Source of the DNA: Nitrosopumilus sp.
Lineage (GTDB): Archaea; Thermoproteota; Nitrososphaeria; Nitrososphaerales; Nitrosopumilaceae
Direction of reading: 5' to 3'
Assembly (NCBI GenBank): GCA_965224195.1
Contig: OZ245040.1
Location: 544,001 to 608,000 of the forward strand
DNA length: 64,000 bases
Below are positions 8,970-17,806 of the stretch, in pieces. The stretch's first letter is position 1. Every line of letters starts with the position of its first letter. A program made the translations under genes and the position numbers. Below the pieces are notes generated by a model. It was given only the letters and a program-made list of their open reading frames with translations. It was not told where the DNA came from and did not search any database.

Positions 8970-11837
8970 ATGACGATTAACTGGAATGAAATAGAAACTA
9001 AATGGCGAAACAAATGGATTGAATCAAAAAACTTTGAGACAAACCCAAATGAGAAACCAAAAAAATTTATCACAGTAGCTTATCCGTATCCAAACTCTCC
9101 ACAACACATTGGACATGGCAGAACATACACGCTAGCTGATGTTCACGCAAGGTATTATCGAATGCAAGGGTATAACGTATTGTTCCCAATGGGATTTCAT
9201 TATACTGGAACTCCTGTGTTAGGTATGGCCAAAAGAATTCAAGCTGGAGAAAAAGAAATTCTTGATGGATTGAGAAATGTATATCATGTTTCAGAAGAGG
9301 ATATCAAAACATTTGTTGAACCAATAAAGATTGCAGATTATTTCCATGAAGAAATAAAATCTGGAATGATAGAGATGGGTTATTCCATTGATTGGAGACG
9401 AGAATTCACTACTATAGTTCCAGGTTATCAGAAATTTATCGAGTGGCAAATTACCACACTGAAAGAAAATGGTAAAATCATTCAGGGTAGTCATCCAGTG
9501 GGATGGTGTCCTAAAGATCAAAATCCTGTATCACAGCACGATACAATGGGGGATGTTGAACCCAAAATTGATGATAAAAATTTCCTAGTCAAATTCAAGT
9601 TTGGTGAATTTATTTTCCCAGTTACAACGTTACGACCTGAAACAGTTTTTGGTGTAACTAATTTGTGGGTCAATCCAAATGTAATATATAAAAAAGTTAC
9701 AGTTGATAATGAAACATGGATAGTTGCTGAGCAATGTGCAAAGAAAATAGAATTCTTTGAAAAAGAGGTCAAAGTAATTGGCGATATACCAAGTAGTGAG
9801 GTTATTGGAAAATATGCTACAAATCACAATGGAGTAGAGATTCCAATTTTAGAGGCAGAGTTTGTAGAGCCTGGAATGGGTACAGGATTAGTAATGTCAG
9901 TGCCAGCTCACGCTCCAAAAGATTACCAGGCATTAATGGATCTCAAGGCCAAAAATCATGAATTAGCATCCAAAATCGAGCCTATTCCAATTATTGTAAC
10001 TCCAGGATATGATGTATACCCTGCAAAACAAATTTGTGAAAAATTAGGAGTTGCAAACCAAACAGATGAGAAATTAGAAGAGGCAACAAAAGAGTTGTAT
10101 CTCAAAGAATTCACAGATGGAAAGTTAAATGAAAAATGTGATCAATTCAACAATGAAAAAGTTCAGTTTGGACGAGACAAGGTACGAGCATGGTTAGAAG
10201 AAAAGAACATCCTAGAAAAATTCCCAGTACTTGAGAATGCACCAGTGCATTGTAGATGTGGTGCAGAATGTGTTGTTAAAATATTGAACAATCAATGGTT
10301 TTTGAATTACGGAGATGAAGAATGGAAAGAACTTGCTCGCAATTGTTTTGATGAGATGAACATTCTACCAAGTAACCTCAGAACAGAATTCAAAGAAGTA
10401 ATTGATTGGTTGCACGAGCGAGCATGTGCAAGACAACAAGGATTGGGAACAAAGTTACCATGGGATAAAGATTGGATTGTAGAGTCACTTTCAGATAGTG
10501 TGATTTACATGGCATACTATACAATTTCACGATTTGTTAATGATGGAACTATAACACCTGAAAATTTAACTCGAGAATTATTTGATTATATTTTATTAGA
10601 TAAAGGAGATTTGTCTCTAGCTGTTAGTACATCCAATCTTACAGAGGATGTGATCAATACATTGAAAAAAGAATTCCAATATTTCTATCCAGTTGATTCA
10701 AGACATTCAGGTAGAGATTTGGTACAGAATCATCTATCATTTTTTGTTCTTAATCATGTTGCAATATTTGAGAAAAAATTATGGCCACAAGAAATTGTAG
10801 TTAATGGTAGTGTCATGATGGATGGTGCTAAAATGAGTAAGAGTATGGGAAATATCATTCCATTGCGTACTGCAATCAGAGACCATGGTGCAGATCCAAT
10901 TAGACTAGCAATAATTTCATCAGCTGAGTTACTTCAAGATGCTGATTTTAACATGGAATCAGTATATGGTATTCAAAACAAGCTAGAATCATTACTAGAA
11001 GAGTGCTCTAGGCTCAAAAATGAACCAATTTCAGAGTTACAAGCAGAAGATAGATGGATTTTATCAAAAACTCAGAGCGTGATTGGTACAGTTACTGAAT
11101 CCCTTGAAAAGATGAGATTAAGGGAGGGATTGCATGAGATTTTGTTTTCATTTGAATCAGATTTGAGTTGGTACAACAAACGAGTTGAAGCTAAAGGTAG
11201 AGAAGATGTTTCAGGAATATTGTATAAAATAAATTCTGCTCGAGTTGCAATGTTGTCTCCATTTGCACCACACATAGCTGAGGAAATGTGGGAGAAGCTT
11301 GGAAATGATAGCCAAGTATCAAAATCAGTATGGCCTGTACATTCTAAAGATGAGATTGATGCTACTGCAATTCAATCAGAGAATTTACTCAAATCAACTA
11401 TTGCCGATATTGCAAACATTCTCAAAGTTACAAAGATTATTCCGAAAAAAATTGTAATCTATGTAAACTCTGATGAATTCAAATCCAAAGTGTATCGAAA
11501 AATACTAGGAATTATGGTAGGGGGTCAAAACAACATGGGAGTTGTAATGAAGGAATTAATTGCAGATCCTGAGACTACAGAGGCTAAAAAAAATCCAGAC
11601 TATATCCAAAAAGTAATCAAGGATTTGCATTCAGAGTCTGAAGAAATTAAAACTATGAAATTAGAATCTGATTCGTTTGATGAAAAAAAATTCCTATCAT
11701 CAGAATTATCCAGTATTGGAAAGAAAGAGTTTGGAGTTGATATTACGGTATATTCTGAATCAGATGATAACATCTATGATCCTAAAGGAAAAGCAAGACA
11801 TGCTCGACCGTTTAAACCTGCAATACTAATTGAATAG
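8970..11837 (+). CDS. leuS: leucine--tRNA ligase
   Basis: class I HIGH and KMSKS motifs, TLRPET editing domain, A.PFKPAI C-terminus. Confidence 0.97.
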   Translation: MTINWNEIETKWRNKWIESKNFETNPNEKPKKFITVAYPYPNSPQHIGHGRTYTLADVHARYYRMQGYNVLFPMGFHYTGTPVLGMAKRIQAGEKEILDGLRNVYHVSEEDIKTFVEPIKIADYFHEEIKSGMIEMGYSIDWRREFTTIVPGYQKFIEWQITTLKENGKIIQGSHPVGWCPKDQNPVSQHDTMGDVEPKIDDKNFLVKFKFGEFIFPVTTLRPETVFGVTNLWVNPNVIYKKVTVDNETWIVAEQCAKKIEFFEKEVKVIGDIPSSEVIGKYATNHNGVEIPILEAEFVEPGMGTGLVMSVPAHAPKDYQALMDLKAKNHELASKIEPIPIIVTPGYDVYPAKQICEKLGVANQTDEKLEEATKELYLKEFTDGKLNEKCDQFNNEKVQFGRDKVRAWLEEKNILEKFPVLENAPVHCRCGAECVVKILNNQWFLNYGDEEWKELARNCFDEMNILPSNLRTEFKEVIDWLHERACARQQGLGTKLPWDKDWIVESLSDSVIYMAYYTISRFVNDGTITPENLTRELFDYILLDKGDLSLAVSTSNLTEDVINTLKKEFQYFYPVDSRHSGRDLVQNHLSFFVLNHVAIFEKKLWPQEIVVNGSVMMDGAKMSKSMGNIIPLRTAIRDHGADPIRLAIISSAELLQDADFNMESVYGIQNKLESLLEECSRLKNEPISELQAEDRWILSKTQSVIGTVTESLEKMRLREGLHEILFSFESDLSWYNKRVEAKGREDVSGILYKINSARVAMLSPFAPHIAEEMWEKLGNDSQVSKSVWPVHSKDEIDATAIQSENLLKSTIADIANILKVTKIIPKKIVIYVNSDEFKSKVYRKILGIMVGGQNNMGVVMKELIADPETTEAKKNPDYIQKVIKDLHSESEEIKTMKLESDSFDEKKFLSSELSSIGKKEFGVDITVYSESDDNIYDPKGKARHARPFKPAILIE

Positions 11838-11896
11838 AAAGTAGTTTTTATTCGGAAAATAATACATAAAAACAACAATTCAGGCTCAAATATGGA

Positions 11897-12342
11897 TTAT
11901 TTTCTTTCATTAATTTCAAATGATTTTGGAATGTTGCCCTCTACAACGACATAACGAACCTGTTTGTTTTCAATCAATTTTTTAACTTTATTTTCATTTG
12001 TGGATAATCTTGTCCCTAAAGATTTTACTTCTATAAAATCAACAGAATTATCTTTTATTCCAAGCAAATCTAATGAGGCTTGTTTTGATACACTTGAGAT
12101 AATTGCAAGCTGTTCGTATTCATTTAGAAGTTTAAAAGTCCCTAGGATTTCGTTTAATTCTCCCGTACTTCGCTTCTGCCTAATGTTTTAGTCTTTTTTT
12201 GAATTTCCCCATGTTCTTCTACAACTGATTTCATATCACCATCATGTTTTTGTCTGAGTTTGATTATCATTATTGCAAGTATTCCTAGAGTAATTGTAAC
12301 AATTATTGCCCAAACAAGGACTAGAGTAAATTCATGTTCCAT
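11897..12342 (-). pseudogene. membrane-anchored Holliday-junction-resolvase-like PD-(D/E)xK endonuclease, frameshifted
   Basis: ORF 12154-12342 continues after adding one G to the run at 12162-12164 as GELNEILG...SLDLLGIKDNSVDFIEVKS...RLSTNENKVKKLIENKQV, stop at 11897. Confidence 0.7.
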
Positions 12343-12443
12343 GAAATACTATAAAATCTGTAATACTTAGGTTTTAAATTAAATTTTTAAATTTTATTTA
12401 TGTTGACTGATAACAAATAAATCTTCAATGTACTTGAATCATA

Positions 12444-13286
12444 TTAGTTATCAAGCAAATTTTGTAAAGATTGGATGTTTTGTTTTTTTAATTCTTGTTT
12501 TGATTTAAGTGAAGATACAAGATGATCATATGATTTTATACCTCCTTTAAAATTTGAAAAGAAATTATCCATAAAAAGAGAATCAGTTTTGTGCTGTAGT
12601 AATTTTTCATATATGGGATTATGTTTTTTCAACGTAGAAATTGTTCTTTTGAGTGCAGTTTCAAAGATAAATTTGCTTTCTCCATTATCCCAACCACTTA
12701 ATTTCATCCATTTAATGTAAAGATCTTCAAAAATCCAAATTACATCTTCTTCAAGTTCTTTTATAGAATAGTTTTTATCTAATTTTGATAGAATTACAAT
12801 AGGATCTTTTTTCTCAATTTCGATAGTTTCTTGTACTAACAAATTCTGATCAAAACAAGGAACATTTTCTAAACTACAGCAATCCGAAAGGGCAATATCA
12901 CCTGTAATGATGCCCGCATCAGATTCAATTTTTGCTATTGCTAACAGTATAGAGTCTGGGAAATGTAGTCCTTTACTAGAATATTTTTTTTCTAGTAAAA
13001 CCGCATCAGATTTTGCTGTACTTGTCGTGGTATAATCATGAATTCTATCACCAAAAGCTTCTGTAAGGCGCTTTATCATGATGTTTTTTGTAAATCCTGG
13101 CCATCTACCTGTTGATGGTTTTTTTGGTTTGAAAAGTTCTGCAAATACCTCATTACATACAGCAATTTGACATTTTTTACCTTTAAGAAATTCTTGAATC
13201 TGCTTTTTCTTCTGGGGCTCATTAAGGGCCTGAATTACAGCATTTGTGTCAATTATAAAAAATAAATTTGTAGAATTAGAGGACAT
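12444..13286 (-). CDS. PIN-domain ribonuclease with C-terminal extension
   Basis: IIDTNAVI, VFAEL, FPDSILL and TGDIAL acidic PIN motifs. Confidence 0.8.
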   Translation of the reverse strand: MSSNSTNLFFIIDTNAVIQALNEPQKKKQIQEFLKGKKCQIAVCNEVFAELFKPKKPSTGRWPGFTKNIMIKRLTEAFGDRIHDYTTTSTAKSDAVLLEKKYSSKGLHFPDSILLAIAKIESDAGIITGDIALSDCCSLENVPCFDQNLLVQETIEIEKKDPIVILSKLDKNYSIKELEEDVIWIFEDLYIKWMKLSGWDNGESKFIFETALKRTISTLKKHNPIYEKLLQHKTDSLFMDNFFSNFKGGIKSYDHLVSSLKSKQELKKQNIQSLQNLLDN

Positions 13287-13452
13287 AATTAATCCGCCTC
13301 AATTTTAGCAAAAGCATAGATTTTGAAATTTCATTAGAAAATAATCTAATTTGTCTATCCATAGGATACACCTTTTTAGTAATCTAATAGGCTTTTTCAA
13401 TTTTTTATTAATTTCTTAATATGTATGATATTCCAAAATTAAATGACATCAT

Positions 13453-14133
13453 TTGAGAATTAGTGAAATTTTTGAATCAGTTCAAGGTGAAGGAACCAAT
13501 GCTGGAAAAGAATCTATTTTCATCCGTACTGCTTTATGTAATTTAAAATGCTCTTGGTGTGATACAAAGTACACTTGGGATTGGGATAATTTTGATTATA
13601 ATTCTGAAGTTCACGACATGACAATAGATGAAATCATACAAAAATTAAAAAACTTTACTGCAAAAAATATTGTAATTACTGGAGGTGAGCCTTTGATTCA
13701 ACAAGATGAATTGATATTATTGTTATCGTCATTACCAAAAAAATTCTTTATAGAGATTGAAACAAATGGAACAATTCTTCCTTTAGATAGACTAATTCCA
13801 TTAATTGATCAGTGGAATGTTTCGCCAAAAACATCAAATTCCAATAATCTTATTGAACAATGCGAAATAGGAAACTGTTATAAATTTTTTAAAAATCATA
13901 CAAAAACCTTTTTTAAATTTGTTGTAGAGTCTGAATCAGATATTTTAGAAATATCAAATATTATAGAAAAATATGAACTGGATAAATCTAAAATTCTTCT
14001 AATGCCTCAGGCTTTGACAAAAAATGATTTAATTTCAAAAGAATCCTTAATTCAAACTTTATGTAAAAAAAATAATTTTAGATATTCATCTAGACTACAC
14101 GTTATGAGATGGGGAAATGTTAGAGGACGTTAA
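13453..14133 (+). CDS. queE: 7-carboxy-7-deazaguanine synthase (radical SAM)
   Basis: SEIFESVQGEG, CNLKCSWCDT, TGGEP, IETNGT, VSPK, RLH motifs. Confidence 0.93.
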   Translation: MRISEIFESVQGEGTNAGKESIFIRTALCNLKCSWCDTKYTWDWDNFDYNSEVHDMTIDEIIQKLKNFTAKNIVITGGEPLIQQDELILLLSSLPKKFFIEIETNGTILPLDRLIPLIDQWNVSPKTSNSNNLIEQCEIGNCYKFFKNHTKTFFKFVVESESDILEISNIIEKYELDKSKILLMPQALTKNDLISKESLIQTLCKKNNFRYSSRLHVMRWGNVRGR

Positions 14134-14487
14134 TTATTTTGTAACTGAGCAATACGATGAACTTCCTTCAAAGAATTTTACGCTTGAAAGAGGTATTTTC
14201 CCCTCTAGATTCTCAAAAATCCATGCTGCAATATTTTCGGATGTGGGAAAATCAAACATTTTATCTAAATCATTATGATCTAATTGACCGATAACATTCC
14301 AACAGGTCTTTTTCATTTCAGAAAAATCAAGAAGCATATTTTCTTGATATGTATTTCCTTTTGGAACCACCCCTTCTACTTCAACAACTATTTTCGAAGT
14401 ATGTCCGTGTGGCTGCCCACATTTTGGATGTCCCTTTAAGGTATGTGCAAAATCAATTTCAAATTCTACACCTAGCTTTGTTTTCAT
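14134..14487 (-). CDS. queD: 6-carboxy-5,6,7,8-tetrahydropterin synthase
   Basis: AH...KCGQPHGH, LDH, PTSENIA and terminal Glu; T-fold PTPS-I signature. Confidence 0.92.
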   Translation of the reverse strand: MKTKLGVEFEIDFAHTLKGHPKCGQPHGHTSKIVVEVEGVVPKGNTYQENMLLDFSEMKKTCWNVIGQLDHNDLDKMFDFPTSENIAAWIFENLEGKIPLSSVKFFEGSSSYCSVTK

Positions 14488-14564
14488 AACATCACGGATT
14501 ATTCTAATCTATTTAGTAGTTTATTTACAGAAAAACTATTCAATGAAAATGATTATTTTAGATT

Positions 14565-15329
14565 ATGAAAATGAGTTCATGTAAAACATGTCCTTGTCCT
14601 TGTGGTTGTAAAGCATCATCTAGTACACTTGAAGAAATAGAGAAAGTGTTCGGGTGGAGGGGGAAGATAACTCAATCATATTGTAAAAAATGTAGGGGAA
14701 AACACAAACAAAATCAACCAAGTGAAACAATATCTCCAATTTATGAATTTATTCTTAAAGGAATTAATTTTGATTATCAAAATACTAGAGAATATTATTC
14801 AAAACTTCCCAAATATGATGAAATGGGACATCATCTTACTCATGAAATGAAAAATAAATTAACAAAAAAATATCTGCTTGATAAAAATAATGAATTTATA
14901 GAACATTTCTTAAAATTACTTGAGAAACCAGAAGCTAATATTGAAGAAAAATTATTTTTAAAATTCTTTAAAATGTATAATTTTCATACTAAAAAACCAG
15001 ATCATGAAAGTTTTTTTAATTTTATAATTTCATTAGGATCTAAAGAGATTGATCCTGAACAAGAATTAACTCCAAAAATGCAAACTTATGTAATTTTAAA
15101 AATTCATACAGTGATTACTAGTACATATATGAAAATTCTATCTGTAAAATTGAAAAATTCATCTGCATTCATTATTAGTTTTGTCAATGATATGAATCAA
15201 GATTTTATTAAAAATACTACTCAAATTCATATTTTAGATCGTGATATGATTAAATTTTTATTAAAAAACGAATTAATTTTGGAACCTCTGACTTTTTTAG
15301 AGATAAATCTACTTTTGGAAGTGTTTTAG
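14565..15329 (+). CDS. hypothetical protein with N-terminal Cys-rich zinc finger
   Basis: CKTCPCPCGC...FGWR...QSYCKKCR. Confidence 0.6.
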   Translation: MKMSSCKTCPCPCGCKASSSTLEEIEKVFGWRGKITQSYCKKCRGKHKQNQPSETISPIYEFILKGINFDYQNTREYYSKLPKYDEMGHHLTHEMKNKLTKKYLLDKNNEFIEHFLKLLEKPEANIEEKLFLKFFKMYNFHTKKPDHESFFNFIISLGSKEIDPEQELTPKMQTYVILKIHTVITSTYMKILSVKLKNSSAFIISFVNDMNQDFIKNTTQIHILDRDMIKFLLKNELILEPLTFLEINLLLEVF

Positions 15330-15491
15330 ATGATATCTGATATTTTTCTAATTAAAATACCAAACGGTGTATAGTTACATTAAATGAAATATTCATTTAT
15401 TTGATTTATTTCCAATGAAATTTTAGTCAAGAAATATATTTTATTTTTTGATACATAATGGTTAATTCCTTCAAATAACCTATTCAAATAA

Positions 15492-17783
15492 TTGTCAAAA
15501 AATAATGAAATAAGACACCTTGATATTAAAAAATTTACGAACGATTGGAATTCTGGAATGAGTTTTGTTGATTTATCTATAAAATATAATTTGGATTATA
15601 CTGGAAAAGCCAAAAGAATTGGGGAAAAATTAGGCTTGAAAAAACAAAAAAACCTAGACTTTTTTGAACGATTTCTCACAAACCCCAAAAAAACGGATAA
15701 ATTTATCTCAATGTATAATGACGACTCCATCAAAGTTAGAGAAATAACTAAACATTTTGATTTTACAGATAATGGGTATGTTTCAAAATTAGCAAAAAGA
15801 ATTGGAATTCCTGTAAGAGCAGGAGGATATGCAAGTCAAGGTAAATTTGATAAATCTGGGAATGAATTTTCCAAAATGTGGAATGAAAATATAGATAGTC
15901 AAGCAATAATGGAAAAATTGAATATAAGTAATGCCTCTTTACATACTTGGAGAGTTAAACTAGGCTTAAAACCTAGAACTCAAGGAAGAATTTTTCCTAA
16001 CGCAATTAAAAATAAAATTGAATTATTGTTACTAGAAAATTCAGGCGCATTAACATCTAAAGAACTAAAAAAATTACTAAATAAGGATATTCTCAATTTA
16101 ACAGATGCGTGCAAATCAATGAAATTTCAAAGACTGTCTTTGACTTTACATATAACTGGAAGGCGTTCTCGTCAGCCTACGGATTATTTTGGTGACAATA
16201 CTGGTCAAACTATAATATTTTTGAATAACATGTATGATAGTTTAATTCTCAAACTATCAAAAATATTGAGGGAAGGTAATATGTATAAAAATAATTTACT
16301 AAAAAAAGCAGTTTACAAATTCATGATTTCTCGTCTTGCAGAAAATGATATTAAAATTAAAAATAGAGAATCTCAACTTTTTCAAATTCTGTATAACAAA
16401 GAAAAACAAAATGAACTTGAATCTTTTATAAAAGTACAATTGAATAAATATTCAATTAAACAAAAACCCATAAAATCAATTTCAGAAATTAAATCAAATG
16501 ATCCTCTAGTTGATCAAATTATTGAAAATAAGCCAAAATCAATATTTTATGGACGTAAATTTGAATCAGAATTCATATTAAATGAACTAGATTCAGCCTA
16601 TCCAGATCAACAAAAAATACTTGTCCAAGAAATTTTTACACCTTTTAACTTTATTTGTACCTCTTTGAATGATGGATATTTTAATTTAAAAATTACTTCA
16701 AATGAATCATTTTTAATAAGATTCATGCTTCACCAACTGATCAATTCAACTACTCTTAACATATTTCACAGTAAATTAAATGGAAAAAAAGGAATAATAA
16801 TTAATTTTGAATTTATATCCGAATCAGTTCTTAAAACAATCCCTGAAAATATTCAGATTTTTAATAAAAATGATTTATTTTCATTATTAAATTCAGTTGA
16901 ATTTTTACCAATTAAACCCAATTCATTTGCAAAAATTATGTTTGGGGAAAACAAAGATGAGATTGTTTTTTGTAATGATGTTGATTTTAAAACAAATATT
17001 GCAGCAATCAGTGATTCAAATAAAAAAATAGACAATGTTTCGATAAAATTTTTGAAGCATATTAAATTACCAAAAGAAATTTCATTTTCAGATTATTTTA
17101 ATTTCATCAAAAAATTAGACAGAATATCTGTTAATGAAAATATTTCTTCCATGGATGAATGTATTGTAGATGTAACATCAATTAACACTGGATATTGGCC
17201 TATGATTGACTCTAAAGTGGATTCTAACCATACAAAAATTTTACTTCTTCATAATTCTTCTGATCAACGTATTGGTTATGATAACTATACTACTAGTACC
17301 GGATTTTTACGAAATGCTCTAATCAAATGTAATTGTTTATCATGGATTTCTCAAGAAAATCCTATTTTGTGTAAACATTCTGTTGCATTGTTATTTCACA
17401 TGTGGAAAGGAAACATTGCAAAATTTGATTGGCACATTGAAAGGAAAACAGTTGAAGACTTTTTAGATTATGTATCTTTCTTGATAAATTATTCGATTAA
17501 AATAGAGAATTTTTGGTTTCAAAAAATTGATCATGCAAAGGCAAATTGGGATTTAATTCATCATGCAATTTGTAATCTTATTGATGGTAAAATTTTCAAA
17601 ACCCCAAATTATGAGGAATCAGAAAAATCTGAATTGGAAAATTTAATGTTTGAATACAAAAATGAAAATAATAATTTGTTTAATTCTATGACTGAAATAC
17701 ATGCTGATCAAAGAAAAATGATCCGACAATCTTTGGATTATCAATTTAAAGAAAAAATGGAAGAATTAAAAAAATCATCATAA
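15492..17783 (+). CDS. multidomain protein: repeated HTHs and C-terminal SWIM zinc finger
   Basis: three HTH-like repeats ending KLGL/RIGI; CNC-x10-CKH SWIM motif. Confidence 0.6.
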   Translation: MSKNNEIRHLDIKKFTNDWNSGMSFVDLSIKYNLDYTGKAKRIGEKLGLKKQKNLDFFERFLTNPKKTDKFISMYNDDSIKVREITKHFDFTDNGYVSKLAKRIGIPVRAGGYASQGKFDKSGNEFSKMWNENIDSQAIMEKLNISNASLHTWRVKLGLKPRTQGRIFPNAIKNKIELLLLENSGALTSKELKKLLNKDILNLTDACKSMKFQRLSLTLHITGRRSRQPTDYFGDNTGQTIIFLNNMYDSLILKLSKILREGNMYKNNLLKKAVYKFMISRLAENDIKIKNRESQLFQILYNKEKQNELESFIKVQLNKYSIKQKPIKSISEIKSNDPLVDQIIENKPKSIFYGRKFESEFILNELDSAYPDQQKILVQEIFTPFNFICTSLNDGYFNLKITSNESFLIRFMLHQLINSTTLNIFHSKLNGKKGIIINFEFISESVLKTIPENIQIFNKNDLFSLLNSVEFLPIKPNSFAKIMFGENKDEIVFCNDVDFKTNIAAISDSNKKIDNVSIKFLKHIKLPKEISFSDYFNFIKKLDRISVNENISSMDECIVDVTSINTGYWPMIDSKVDSNHTKILLLHNSSDQRIGYDNYTTSTGFLRNALIKCNCLSWISQENPILCKHSVALLFHMWKGNIAKFDWHIERKTVEDFLDYVSFLINYSIKIENFWFQKIDHAKANWDLIHHAICNLIDGKIFKTPNYEESEKSELENLMFEYKNENNNLFNSMTEIHADQRKMIRQSLDYQFKEKMEELKKSS

Positions 17784-17806
17784 TCGGTAATTACACAAAA
17801 GGTTTT

